This document shows positions 16,400 to 25,807 of a stretch of DNA of 37,350 nucleotides, in pieces. Positions within the stretch are counted from its first letter, which is position 1. The number at the start of each line of letters is the position of its first letter. The stretch spans positions 1-37,350 of the IMG/VR virus record IMGVR_UViG_3300032212_000076. The stretch is one strand, 5' to 3'. The DNA is from a virus. Its lineage: Duplodnaviria; Caudoviricetes. The position numbers and the translations under genes were made by a program. Below the pieces are notes generated by a model that did no database searches, was not told the origin of the DNA, and saw only the letters and a program-made list of their open reading frames with translations.

Positions 16400-18443
16400 T
16401 TCCCTACTTCCACAGCAGGCGATAACGATTAACGAATTCGCCGCCAATGAGCGGCTGATGGTCAACCCGGGCGGTGACCCATTCCCTTACGATCCGGACC
16501 TGACCCCTTACGCAAACGACATCAACAACGCCTGCGACCATCCGGACGTTCGAACGGTCGGCGTTAAAGGAAACACACGTTCTGCCAAGACTGTCAGCGC
16601 GGAGAACATGCTGCTGCGCAACTGGACCTATGGCCCACTCAAAGACACGCTTTGGCTGATGCAGGACGAAGACGCGGTCAACGATTACATCGATGAACGC
16701 GGCGAAGAAATGCTGATGATCCACCAGAAGGTCGCCGAGAAGATCGACTGGAAAGAAAGCCGCAACAAATCTCGTACCCGTAAAAAGATCGGCCGCGCTC
16801 TGGTCTTGTGGCGGAACGCTACAGCCCGCGCTCTGCGTGGCCGTTCCGCCCCCGTTATCGTCGCCGACGAAATCGACGCTTACGACAAGAAGGTTCGTGA
16901 TGCGATTATGACGCTCATCACGTCGCGGCAGGAAGAATACGGCACCGATTCGAAGGCTTACATTTGTTCGCACCCCGATGCTGGACCGGATGGCGGCATT
17001 GACCTGGTGCTGAAGGATTGCCTGCTTCACTTATGGCACGTCAGATGCCCCGAGTGTGGCGGTGTTTCATCACCAGCCGCCGAGATCGAAGACTGGGGCA
17101 AGCCGCGGATCTATTGGAATGTGCCCAAGTTGATGGGCAAGGCGGATGACATGGACCGCGTCGAATTCCTAGACATGGTGGCCGAGAACGTGGTGCTGGA
17201 ATGTCCGCACGAAGGATGCACAGCCACATTCGGCCCGGACGAGCGGATAGAATTGATGAACGCTGGTCGCTGGCTACAGCCTCACCAAGAGTGGAAGGAC
17301 GACGGAACTGTCGACGGAGAAACGCGAGTCGCGACGCAGATGGGCTTCGTGATCCACGCGTTTATGGCGCCGTTTGTGAAGCTACGTGAAACCGCTCGAG
17401 ATTGGGCGTCGGCCAAGCTTTCTTTGGATGCCAACCCGCTCAACGAGGTCCACTTCAAAGAGGTTGTGGTGAAGAAGCTCGGTGAAACACCGAAAGCCAC
17501 GAAGGCCGAAGAGCAGATGGAAAGCTGGAAAGTTGTGTCCAGCCGCCTTGCTTCTCATTACGAGATGAAGACCGTTCCGGCCGGCGTCATGTTCCTTACA
17601 GCGTTTGTCGACGTTCAAGGCGATCGTTTCGAGGTTCGCGTGGTCGGCTGGGATCTGAACAAGCAATCATGGTTGATCGACAGCTACGCCATCAAGCAAT
17701 GGCCAGCCTTCGGTAAGCACGGTGCATTTGACAACATAGATCCGGGCAACAGGCTTCTCGATTGGGATGTGATAGAAGAAGCGGTCATTGCCTCGAGCTA
17801 CCCGCTTGCATCAAATCCGCAACGTCTTGAGGCTGGCATGGAAGAGCTATTCCTGCCGATCGCTAAAACCGTCGTCAACAGCGCTGGCCAGCCCGGTGTG
17901 ACCAACAACGCCCGGACATGGTGCGCCAATATGCTCTCCCGCACAGAGGGCCGAATTGTTGAGCAATACCAAATCATGCTGATGCAGGGTGCCGCCAGTA
18001 AGAAGGCGGAAGCATACGGCAAATCGAAGCCTGTCCTTTATGACGACAAGGGCAAGCAGCTTGCGACGCAGGTTTATGAGCGGTTCCCCAATGTCCACGA
18101 GATCAAGCGGCTCATCGCGAAGCGGATGAAGATTGAAACGCCCGGCCCGGGTCGGATGCACCTGCCGGCGCAAACCAGCCCACGGCTATGGCGGGAGTTG
18201 ACAGCGGAGCGCTTCACCAACGGTGAGTGGGTCGCAATCGCTGCGCGGAACGAGACATGGGACGGCTGGATTGCCTGCGAAGTTGCGCGTGAAGCGTTGA
18301 AGGTTGACCGTCCCGTGCTATGGGAGGGAGAGCTACCAGTGTGGGCGGCGCCGAAACCACGGGGACACGGGCTTGGTTCTGTGGTAAACGCGCCAGAAAA
18401 TGTATTTGACCGGCTTCGTCAGGTAAATCGCGACGCCGAATAG
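16305..18443 (+). CDS. terminase large subunit, lambda GpA family
   Basis: TPY, Walker A-like GNTRSAKT, LRG, Walker B VADEIDAY, CPECG, nuclease FVDVQ.DRFE and RNETWD. Confidence 0.95.
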   Translation: MLSTNQLERQLEDLASGRHLADARQIASGRLDSLLPQQAITINEFAANERLMVNPGGDPFPYDPDLTPYANDINNACDHPDVRTVGVKGNTRSAKTVSAENMLLRNWTYGPLKDTLWLMQDEDAVNDYIDERGEEMLMIHQKVAEKIDWKESRNKSRTRKKIGRALVLWRNATARALRGRSAPVIVADEIDAYDKKVRDAIMTLITSRQEEYGTDSKAYICSHPDAGPDGGIDLVLKDCLLHLWHVRCPECGGVSSPAAEIEDWGKPRIYWNVPKLMGKADDMDRVEFLDMVAENVVLECPHEGCTATFGPDERIELMNAGRWLQPHQEWKDDGTVDGETRVATQMGFVIHAFMAPFVKLRETARDWASAKLSLDANPLNEVHFKEVVVKKLGETPKATKAEEQMESWKVVSSRLASHYEMKTVPAGVMFLTAFVDVQGDRFEVRVVGWDLNKQSWLIDSYAIKQWPAFGKHGAFDNIDPGNRLLDWDVIEEAVIASSYPLASNPQRLEAGMEELFLPIAKTVVNSAGQPGVTNNARTWCANMLSRTEGRIVEQYQIMLMQGAASKKAEAYGKSKPVLYDDKGKQLATQVYERFPNVHEIKRLIAKRMKIETPGPGRMHLPAQTSPRLWRELTAERFTNGEWVAIAARNETWDGWIACEVAREALKVDRPVLWEGELPVWAAPKPRGHGLGSVVNAPENVFDRLRQVNRDAE

Positions 18444-18453
18444 AGGAACGGAC

Positions 18454-18702
18454 ATGCGGCCATATCACGATTGGAGCGATCAGCAGATCATTGACGAAAT
18501 CGGCGAGTACCGTGCGGCCAAGAAGAAGGTCGCCATGGGCCAGGTTGCAGTGATTGCCGGCGAAGGTCGCCGCATCGAATACACCCCGTCACAGATCAAG
18601 CTTATCAATGCGGAGCTTCGCGAGCTTGCCGACGAAGCCCGTGAACGAAATTTGCCGATCGGTGGTGACGCGGGCGGCGCAATTGCAGTGGAGTTCGGCT
18701 GA
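18454..18702 (+). CDS. gpW-like head completion protein
   Basis: Small gene between terminase and portal; G...GRRIEYT...L motif. Confidence 0.8.
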   Translation: MRPYHDWSDQQIIDEIGEYRAAKKKVAMGQVAVIAGEGRRIEYTPSQIKLINAELRELADEARERNLPIGGDAGGAIAVEFG

Positions 18703-20390
18703 TGCCAGAGATAACCACCGGTCAAATTTCCGGGAGCGAGTTGACGGTAGCGTCGGCATTGTATCGCAACCTCGAAAGCCATTCGGGCCAGCTTTGGCAA
18801 CTGCCGCCGATTATGTCGGCAACACAGGAAGTGAAGTACGGACGGTCGCACATCGTCAAGGCAGCCCGTCACGTTGAACGGTACAGCGAACACATCCGCG
18901 GTGCGATCGACAAGAAGGCAGACATGGTCACCGGCGCTCGTTTGTCGGTTCGTGCTACGCCAGACTTTGACGCTCTCGGGATCACTGACAAGGAAGAGCA
19001 GCAAAAGATCCGCAAGAGCTTCGAAAGCCAGTTCCACGACTGGGGCTACGATTCGCGCTTGCTGCAAGACGCAGAAGGGCATTACGACTTTGGCGGGATG
19101 AGTTGGCTGGGAATGCGCAACCTCACTGGTCCCGATGCAGAGGTCGCTGGTGTCATCCACTACGATGAGAAGCGCCGCAAGTCGTTCAACCACCGCTGGG
19201 CAACCTATGTCGAAATGGTTGACCCTGACCGTATCGACACGCCACTGGAAAAGGCCGCAAACCCCAATGTGGTTGAGGGCCGGATCACGGATAAGCATGG
19301 CCGCATGGTCGGGCTTTACGTTCGCAAGAAGCATCCCGGGGATGTTGCGCACACAGCGACAGACTTCGACTATGAGATGGTGCCGCGAGAAAGCAAGACG
19401 GGCCGCCCAATCGGTTTTCACTGGTTCGTAAAGACGCGCGCCGGCCAAATGCGCGGTGTGTCAACACTGGTGACAATCCTCAAGCAGTCAAACATGCTCG
19501 ACAAGTTTGACGACGCTTACCTTGCCAGCGCGACCATCAATCAGACGCTTGCCACCTATATCGAAAGCGAAGGTACTTCACGCTCTGTGGCCAACAGTCT
19601 GGCCCCGGCTGCCGGCGCAAGCGCCGAGGACACATGGTCACTGTTTGGCAACAAGCTGGACTATTACAACGACACCAAGATGCGCGTCGGCGGCGCACGA
19701 ATTCCGGTTCTGCCTCCCGGCGATAAAATCAACATGACTGGCGTCAATCGCGCTATCAATGACCCAACGCAGTTCCGGAACGGCTGGTTGCGCCAGTTCG
19801 CTTCGTCGATTGGCGTCAGCTTTGAGCAACTGTCGAAGAACATGTCGGACGCCAATTTCTCGGCTGCCCGCATGGCTATTCTCGACATCTGGATGGGCAT
19901 TATGAAAATGCGCTGGTGGTACGGCCAGCATGTTTGCAACCTCATTTACACAGCCGTTCTCGAGGAAGCGATCAAGAAGGGCCGCACAGCCCTGCCCACA
20001 CGCATTGCCAACAACTGGGATGAGCATCGGGTTGCGTTGACAAAGTGTAAGTGGATTGGCCCGGCTATGCCGCAGGTAGATCCAGAGAAAGACGCCCGCG
20101 CACAAGGTATCTTGCTCGAGAAGCGGCTGGAAAGCCGCACACACCTGGCCGCAGAGCGTGGCCGCGACGTCGAGGACATCTTCTCCGAGATCGCAGAAGA
20201 GCATCGTGACGCCGAGCAGCTTGAGTTCACGCTTGAGCCAGAGGTGTTCAAGATCGAGGAAGAAGCTGCGAACGATGAGGAAGCCTCGTCGGCCGCAGAA
20301 GATAACACGGACCAGCCGAAGAAGAAGTCGTCGGGCAACGAGCGTGACGGTGATGGAGATGGTGTCGTCAACGAAGAAGGAAACACCTGA
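18702..20390 (+). CDS. portal protein, lambda gpB family
   Basis: H.F...RAGQMRGVS, L.PGD.I, GVSFEQLS.N.S.ANFSAAR, W.GP....DP.KD. Confidence 0.95.
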   Translation: MPEITTGQISGSELTVASALYRNLESHSGQLWQLPPIMSATQEVKYGRSHIVKAARHVERYSEHIRGAIDKKADMVTGARLSVRATPDFDALGITDKEEQQKIRKSFESQFHDWGYDSRLLQDAEGHYDFGGMSWLGMRNLTGPDAEVAGVIHYDEKRRKSFNHRWATYVEMVDPDRIDTPLEKAANPNVVEGRITDKHGRMVGLYVRKKHPGDVAHTATDFDYEMVPRESKTGRPIGFHWFVKTRAGQMRGVSTLVTILKQSNMLDKFDDAYLASATINQTLATYIESEGTSRSVANSLAPAAGASAEDTWSLFGNKLDYYNDTKMRVGGARIPVLPPGDKINMTGVNRAINDPTQFRNGWLRQFASSIGVSFEQLSKNMSDANFSAARMAILDIWMGIMKMRWWYGQHVCNLIYTAVLEEAIKKGRTALPTRIANNWDEHRVALTKCKWIGPAMPQVDPEKDARAQGILLEKRLESRTHLAAERGRDVEDIFSEIAEEHRDAEQLEFTLEPEVFKIEEEAANDEEASSAAEDNTDQPKKKSSGNERDGDGDGVVNEEGNT

Positions 20391-21325
20391 TGCCTAGCGT
20401 CCACCTGCCGTTCGTGATGAACCAACTGTTCAACACCCCGCTTCTCGTCAATCCGTCGACCGCACAAATGATTTTGTCTGTGATGTCGGGCAAGATGAAC
20501 ATTCAGTCACTCGTCGATGACTACGATTCGTTGACGCAACGTGACATGCAGGATCTCGCCGCCATGGGGCGGATGGAGGCCAGTCAAACGAAGGCTGAAG
20601 CTGCACATCCGGGCATGGCCGAAACATCGCGTGACTGGACGCCCTACAGACTGTCGGAAAGCGGCATCGCGATCATCCCAATCAAAGGCGTCCTTCGTCG
20701 GGAGTGGGGCGTTGGCCCTTATTCCGGGGCCACCGGCTATGACGGCATCTGGACGCAACTGGTTCACGCGATGGAGAACGACAAGGTCAAAGCGATCTAT
20801 CTCCAAATTAACAGTGGTGGTGGTGCTGTCGACGGACTGTTCGATCTGGCCGATGCAATTTACGCCAACAGTGAACGAATGGGTGGAAAACCCATTTGGG
20901 CGTGTGCAGCGGATCACGCTTATTCAGCAGCCTATGCTTTGGCGTCATCTGCGGACAAAGTTTTCGTCCCTGCGCTGGGCGGTGTCGGCTCGATTGGCGC
21001 CGTGATCGTACATGTTGAAATGGCCGAATACCTTGAAAACGAAGGAATTAAGGCAACGATCATCCGGTCGAAGTCGGAAAAATACAAGCCCAACGAATTC
21101 GAGCGCATCGACGAACAAACGCTTGCTGATTTGCAGGCCGTTGTCGACGAAGCTGACGACTATTTTGCGGGGCGCGTGTCACTTTACAGGGGAATTGACA
21201 AAAAAAGTGTTCACGAAACGAATGCACGCGTCTATACAGGCCAGCAAGCCTTGGCCACCGGCTTAGTCAGTGACGTGCTTTCCGAGCCAGAGGCTTGGTT
21301 GGAACTAGAGCGTTATATCGCTTGA
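20390..21325 (+). CDS. S49-family head maturation protease (gpC-like)
   Basis: INSGGG, AYSAAYALAS.AD, GSIG, F...V...RG, GLV.DV. Confidence 0.95.
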   Translation: MPSVHLPFVMNQLFNTPLLVNPSTAQMILSVMSGKMNIQSLVDDYDSLTQRDMQDLAAMGRMEASQTKAEAAHPGMAETSRDWTPYRLSESGIAIIPIKGVLRREWGVGPYSGATGYDGIWTQLVHAMENDKVKAIYLQINSGGGAVDGLFDLADAIYANSERMGGKPIWACAADHAYSAAYALASSADKVFVPALGGVGSIGAVIVHVEMAEYLENEGIKATIIRSKSEKYKPNEFERIDEQTLADLQAVVDEADDYFAGRVSLYRGIDKKSVHETNARVYTGQQALATGLVSDVLSEPEAWLELERYIA

Positions 21326-21343
21326 AGATGAAGGGCTAGAAGA

Positions 21344-22039
21344 ATGGCTACTAAGATGAAACTGATGGGCGCCTCGAGCATCGCTGCATTGATGGCGGCT
21401 GATCCTCAAGAGCCTGAAAGTGCTGCCGAAGACGCTGAAGCTGGTCCCGAGCCAGCCGGCGAGTCTGAAGAAGCAGCCGGCGATGAAGCGGAAGCTTCTG
21501 GCAACACCGACAAGGAAAAGGACGAAGGCGCCGGCAAGGACAAAGAGTCCGAAGATGCAGGCGATGAAGTCGAGGCCGTGTCGACAAATGACGCGGCAGC
21601 GTTCGCCAAAGAACAACGCGCTGAAGGCGTTACGGAAGGCCAGAAGGCCGAACGCGATCGCACCGCCGCGGTTCTTGGTTCAGAAGAAGGCAAGGCGAAT
21701 TACGCCGACGCGTCCTTCATGCTCGCCAACACCGATGCTTCCGCTGACAAGATCATTGCGGAACTCAAGTCTCGCGGTCCAGCCGCCGAGACATCCACCA
21801 CAACCGATACCAATGCAGGTATCGAAGACACCGATGTCGATCTCGGCCATGGCACTGACCCTGCCGCCGCGCTCGACGAAGGTGCCGAAGGCGGCGACAA
21901 AGATCCTTGGGCTAGTTCCATTGATCGCGTGTCGACAGCCAACGGTCTGACCGCTCCGGTCGCGCCTGCTGCCTCTGTGCAGCCGAACGCGGCTGGTAAC
22001 ATCACAATCCCGGCATCGCACAACGGCGTCGGACATTAA
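21344..22039 (+). CDS. capsid scaffolding protein (Nu3-like)
   Basis: Acidic protein with AERDR..AVL.S.E motif, between protease and decoration genes. Confidence 0.65.
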   Translation: MATKMKLMGASSIAALMAADPQEPESAAEDAEAGPEPAGESEEAAGDEAEASGNTDKEKDEGAGKDKESEDAGDEVEAVSTNDAAAFAKEQRAEGVTEGQKAERDRTAAVLGSEEGKANYADASFMLANTDASADKIIAELKSRGPAAETSTTTDTNAGIEDTDVDLGHGTDPAAALDEGAEGGDKDPWASSIDRVSTANGLTAPVAPAASVQPNAAGNITIPASHNGVGH

Positions 22040-22054
22040 GGGAGTGACCAGCCA

Positions 22055-22447
22055 ATGGCCGGCGTAATCAACACCCATACTTTCGGCAACCGTGGCCCCG
22101 GTCACTTCTGCATCGGCGTCAACGACCCGATCAAGTCGAATGAACACATCACGATTGCTGCTAACAGCGGCGATCTCGAAGCTGGTACTGTGCTTGGTGA
22201 AATCACCGCCACGCCCGGTACGTATGCCCCTCTCGATCCGGCTGACACCGTACCGGGGACCGCCGCCTTCGGCTGCATTCTGTATCAGGATGTTCCCGAT
22301 TCCACGTCGACGCAACGTGCAACTGGTGTTGTGCGCGATCAGCCGGTCAACGGCAACGCGCTCAAATACGAGAACGCGCTCAACCAGGCTCAACTCGATG
22401 CCATGGTTGCGGAGGCAGAAGCCGAACGAGTTATCGTCCGGTACTAA
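22055..22447 (+). CDS. head decoration protein (gpD-like)
   Basis: L.AGTVLG.ITA...Y...DP....G......IL; precedes the capsid gene. Confidence 0.88.
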   Translation: MAGVINTHTFGNRGPGHFCIGVNDPIKSNEHITIAANSGDLEAGTVLGEITATPGTYAPLDPADTVPGTAAFGCILYQDVPDSTSTQRATGVVRDQPVNGNALKYENALNQAQLDAMVAEAEAERVIVRY

Positions 22448-22496
22448 TCTTTAACCATCGCGCGGGGCGGGGGCCAAGCGCAAAGGGGAGTGACCC

Positions 22497-23561
22497 ATGG
22501 AACGTGTAATTGACATCTTCGGTAACGATGTCTTCAAGGTGACGAGCCTTCAGCGCCTTGTCGACAAAGTGCCTTTCGTCCCGCAGGCTTTGGGCCAGAT
22601 GCGGATTTTCCAGCCAAAGCCGATCGCCGATCGCGAAGTGCTGCTTTTCGAGAAGGATGGCGGATACCAGCTAATTCCTTCGCGTGAACTCGGCGCGCCC
22701 GATGCGCAACAGATCCGCCGTCAGGGCCGGGTCCGTGCGCTGTCCACCATCCCGCTGGGCAAGATGGACACGGTTCGCGCTGGTGAACTGCAATCGGTTG
22801 CCAGCATCGCGCTGCCCGAACGCATCCGCCTGCAAAATGCTCAAGACCTCACGGTCGAGCGCATGGCGCAGCTTCGCACCGACCTTGAGGCAACGAAGGA
22901 ATTCCATCGCCTCAACGCGCTGCAAGGCAAGCTCTATGATGCCGACGGCACTACGCTGCTTGTCGACTTCTTCACCGAATACGGGATTGCCGAACCGTCG
23001 GCGATCAACTTCGACTTCTCGGCGATTGCGAACAATCAGCTTGGCACCTTTGTCGAGCAGAACGTGCGCAATCCAATGCGTGACGTCCTGAAGGATGCTG
23101 GCCGTTGGGGTCCGCAGGTCAAGATCCACTGCTTGGTCGGCGACACCTTCTGGTATTCGCTCATCGCGCACAACGACATCGTTGCTCGCTGGCAGGCGCA
23201 GGAAACCGCACGGTATATCGCGCTCGCGCAGAACCCGCTTCTGCAAACGCCTACTTATTCGTCGGTCGAAGTCGGCAACGTCGTCTTCCATCACTACGAA
23301 GGCACCACCGCTGGCGACATCGACGTCGGCACCAACGACGCGATCTTCTTCCCGGTCGGCGCCAAGGACGTGTTCAACGTCTACTGGTCACCGGGCGAAA
23401 CGAACGCTGACGTCAATCAGAAGGGCCGGGCGGAATATCCGTACATCGTCCCTGACATGCGTCCAGCAATCGCTGACCACGTCGACATGCACCTGCGCAG
23501 CTACCCGCTGTATGCTTGCATCTTCCCGCAAGCACTGCTCAAAGGGCTGCGCACGGGCTAA
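22497..23561 (+). CDS. major capsid protein (lambda gpE family)
   Basis: DIF..D.F.V.SL, T.EFHRL.ALQGK..DADG.....DFF.EYG, FFPVGA..VF, SYPL..C..P..L. Confidence 0.95.
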   Translation: MERVIDIFGNDVFKVTSLQRLVDKVPFVPQALGQMRIFQPKPIADREVLLFEKDGGYQLIPSRELGAPDAQQIRRQGRVRALSTIPLGKMDTVRAGELQSVASIALPERIRLQNAQDLTVERMAQLRTDLEATKEFHRLNALQGKLYDADGTTLLVDFFTEYGIAEPSAINFDFSAIANNQLGTFVEQNVRNPMRDVLKDAGRWGPQVKIHCLVGDTFWYSLIAHNDIVARWQAQETARYIALAQNPLLQTPTYSSVEVGNVVFHHYEGTTAGDIDVGTNDAIFFPVGAKDVFNVYWSPGETNADVNQKGRAEYPYIVPDMRPAIADHVDMHLRSYPLYACIFPQALLKGLRTG

Positions 23562-23590
23562 CTGAAACACCTGAAGAGAGGTAACGATCT

Positions 23591-24403
23591 ATGACCTATC
23601 GTTTAGTCAAAGCTATTGCCATGGGCACGATCGGCCTTTCGACGGGCATGGTGCGCTTTGAGCCTGAAAATGAAGACGAGCGGTATCGCTTTGGTGTGTT
23701 CACCAAAGACGACGCCGACAAGGTGATCCGCAAGGGTTTGGGCGAAGACGTTGGCGAAGCCAGCGCAGAAGATTTCGCCGCCTATGTCGTCTTGATGACA
23801 GGCGATGCGCCCGACCCTGGCCGTCGTTTGGCAGAAGTGCTGAAGAACGCCAACGCTGGTTCGGATGACACAGAGGGTGGCGAAGACGCCACGCCGCCTG
23901 TGATTTCCAAAGCAGCGGCATCAGCGCACCTGACGGCACAGCCGGCAGGTTCTCGTGTTGCCAACGGCGTTGAAGCCGTGGGTGTTCGCGAGTTGCGAAA
24001 CACCCTGCGTGAGACAAGCGACCTTACGGTCCTTGGCGACATGCTGAAGGCAGAGCAAAGTGGCAAGAACCGCGACAGTGCGGTTCAGGCGATCGAAGCT
24101 CGCATTCGTGCTGTCAGCCCTGCCAGTGCTGACGAGGACGTCGTCGAAGAAGGCCAGTCCGACGGGTCTGGTGATGGCGCCGAGACAGGTGGCGGCGACA
24201 ACGGTGGTGGCAATGCAGAGGCCAACACCAACAGCGGGGGCGACCAAGGTCCTGCTGCCGCCGAGGAAGGTGCTGCTGCAACGCCAGCATCGGAAACCGA
24301 GCAGTCTGCCAACGCCGCCGATGCTGCACCGGCTGCGACGACCAGCACCGACGATGGTGGCGCCTCGCCAACTGTCGATCCGGAAGCTGCGCCCGTCACG
24401 TAA
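23591..24403 (+). CDS. post-capsid hypothetical protein with a low-complexity acidic tail
   Basis: GAGG SD; E..GKNR.S...AIE.R helix; A/G/D/E/T-rich C-terminus; lies in the position of lambda FI. Confidence 0.7.
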   Translation: MTYRLVKAIAMGTIGLSTGMVRFEPENEDERYRFGVFTKDDADKVIRKGLGEDVGEASAEDFAAYVVLMTGDAPDPGRRLAEVLKNANAGSDDTEGGEDATPPVISKAAASAHLTAQPAGSRVANGVEAVGVRELRNTLRETSDLTVLGDMLKAEQSGKNRDSAVQAIEARIRAVSPASADEDVVEEGQSDGSGDGAETGGGDNGGGNAEANTNSGGDQGPAAAEEGAAATPASETEQSANAADAAPAATTSTDDGGASPTVDPEAAPVT

Positions 24404-24434
24404 GTGTTCGGCTTAGGGGAGCCGAAGCCTTGGG

Positions 24435-24465
24435 AGGGCCGCTCGAGAGATCGGGCGGCCCTTTG
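24435..24465 (+). terminator. terminator-like hairpin after the head genes
   Basis: AGGGCCGCTCGA-GAGA-TCGGGCGGCCCT then a short T run; preceded by a second hairpin TTCGGCT/AGCCGAA (24407-24426). Confidence 0.7.
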
Positions 24466-24479
24466 CATAGGAGAAAGTC

Positions 24480-24806
24480 ATGGGATGGGCTGAAAACGCC
24501 GCTACAATGGACACTGTTGTCGACGATGAACTCGGCGATGTGGTCTATTATGCCTGTGATGGATCAAGCTTCACGCGGCTCAAGGCATTCGTGATAATCG
24601 AAACAGAAGACCTCCGCATGGACGGGATCGACGGGAACCTTGGTTCTCGCCCCCGCCTGAAGATTGGGAAGTATCTGGTGTCGACAATTGAGGCATCGCA
24701 TCGCATAAAGGCAGCGCGCCTTGGTGAAGGCACATTCAAACCCGGTCCAGATCAGCCCGATGAGGATGATCGCTACTGGATCTTTGATTTGATGAAGGTG
24801 GCCTGA
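24480..24806 (+). CDS. head-tail joining protein (FII-like)
   Basis: 108-aa beta-rich protein; position after the head genes; AGGAG SD. Confidence 0.6.
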   Translation: MGWAENAATMDTVVDDELGDVVYYACDGSSFTRLKAFVIIETEDLRMDGIDGNLGSRPRLKIGKYLVSTIEASHRIKAARLGEGTFKPGPDQPDEDDRYWIFDLMKVA

Positions 24807-25345
24807 TGCCTAAGCCTGTAGCTCCCGAAACAACTATCCTAGTGGCCGCTCGCAACGCGATCGAAGCGTCAGATCTCAAGACTGACTTCTCGATGCCAGA
24901 TCTCAAAATCCGCCACGCCCGTCACCGCCATGTCCGCAAGACCGAAGAAGGCGTCGCGGTACGCTTTGTCGACGCCGCGGTGCGCGAGGAAGCGGGCGAC
25001 ATGTTTACGCATTCGGAGGTGCCTTGGGTGGCAACTCTGGACATCATCGTGGATCTCGAGCTTTCGCCCGAACCCGATGATGAAACCGCCGCGCCGACTG
25101 ACGACATCGATGTCACCGGGTTTGATGACCTTCTTGCTATGGCTCGCTACTGTGCCAACGTGTTGGTCAACCCGGACGAGGCGGCGCCCATGCGGCAGGT
25201 TGTCGACGATATTCTGCCAAGCGACATTGATCCGGACGAGGATTCGACACCGGACAAAGGACGATTGGTAATTAGCGTGGTTGTGCTATACAGGACGCGC
25301 TACGACAATTTGCTCGAATTGCTTCCAGTAACGGGGAACGTGTGA
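24806..25345 (+). CDS. tail terminator/completion protein (gpU-like, tentative)
   Basis: Acidic; ends with a V.V.YRT...N strand; upstream of the tail tube gene. Confidence 0.55.
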   Translation: MPKPVAPETTILVAARNAIEASDLKTDFSMPDLKIRHARHRHVRKTEEGVAVRFVDAAVREEAGDMFTHSEVPWVATLDIIVDLELSPEPDDETAAPTDDIDVTGFDDLLAMARYCANVLVNPDEAAPMRQVVDDILPSDIDPDEDSTPDKGRLVISVVVLYRTRYDNLLELLPVTGNV

Positions 25346-25800
25346 TGGACAAACTAACGATTAAAGCGCCCGAGGCCGATGCTGAAGGCAAGGATGCTAA
25401 TGCTGCGATGACGCTGCCTCCCGGCAGTTACACTGTGGCTGAACTGGCTGAAGCCGCAAAGGCGTCACCAGATAAGCGCGGCGATGCGGTCGACAAGGCC
25501 AATCAGACTGGCACCGACCGCCTTGCACCTGGCCTCTCGCCTGACACAAAGCGTATCGAGGTGACAGACGAGCGCACCGGCGTTACCGAACAGCGCATCG
25601 TGCCGAAATCGGCTAAAGAGCGCGGTGCCGGCGAAGGTGAGGCGCCCGCATCTGACCCCGCCACCAAGCCTGAAACCACCACTTCGTCGACAACGAGTTC
25701 GACGTCGGGATCAAAGGCGTCCACCAAGGGCGACTCGAGTCCCTCAACTTCAACCACATCATCGGGTGACGGCAAGGCCGGCTCGGAAGAAACGGAGTAA
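25342..25800 (+). CDS. hypothetical protein with a Ser/Thr-rich tail
   Basis: Coupled ORF; low-complexity C-terminus. Confidence 0.65.
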   Translation: MMDKLTIKAPEADAEGKDANAAMTLPPGSYTVAELAEAAKASPDKRGDAVDKANQTGTDRLAPGLSPDTKRIEVTDERTGVTEQRIVPKSAKERGAGEGEAPASDPATKPETTTSSTTSSTSGSKASTKGDSSPSTSTTSSGDGKAGSEETE

Positions 25801-25807
25801 TTGAGCG

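Noticed and set aside
21323-21346. Protease and scaffold are in the same frame, suggesting read-through into a C/Nu3 fusion
   Set aside because: Two in-frame TGA codons separate them (TGA AGA TGA), so they are treated as separate genes.
25564-25573. 10-nt match (ACAGACGAGC) to the sRNA loop as a second target
   Set aside because: Short, in mid-CDS, and compatible with chance.
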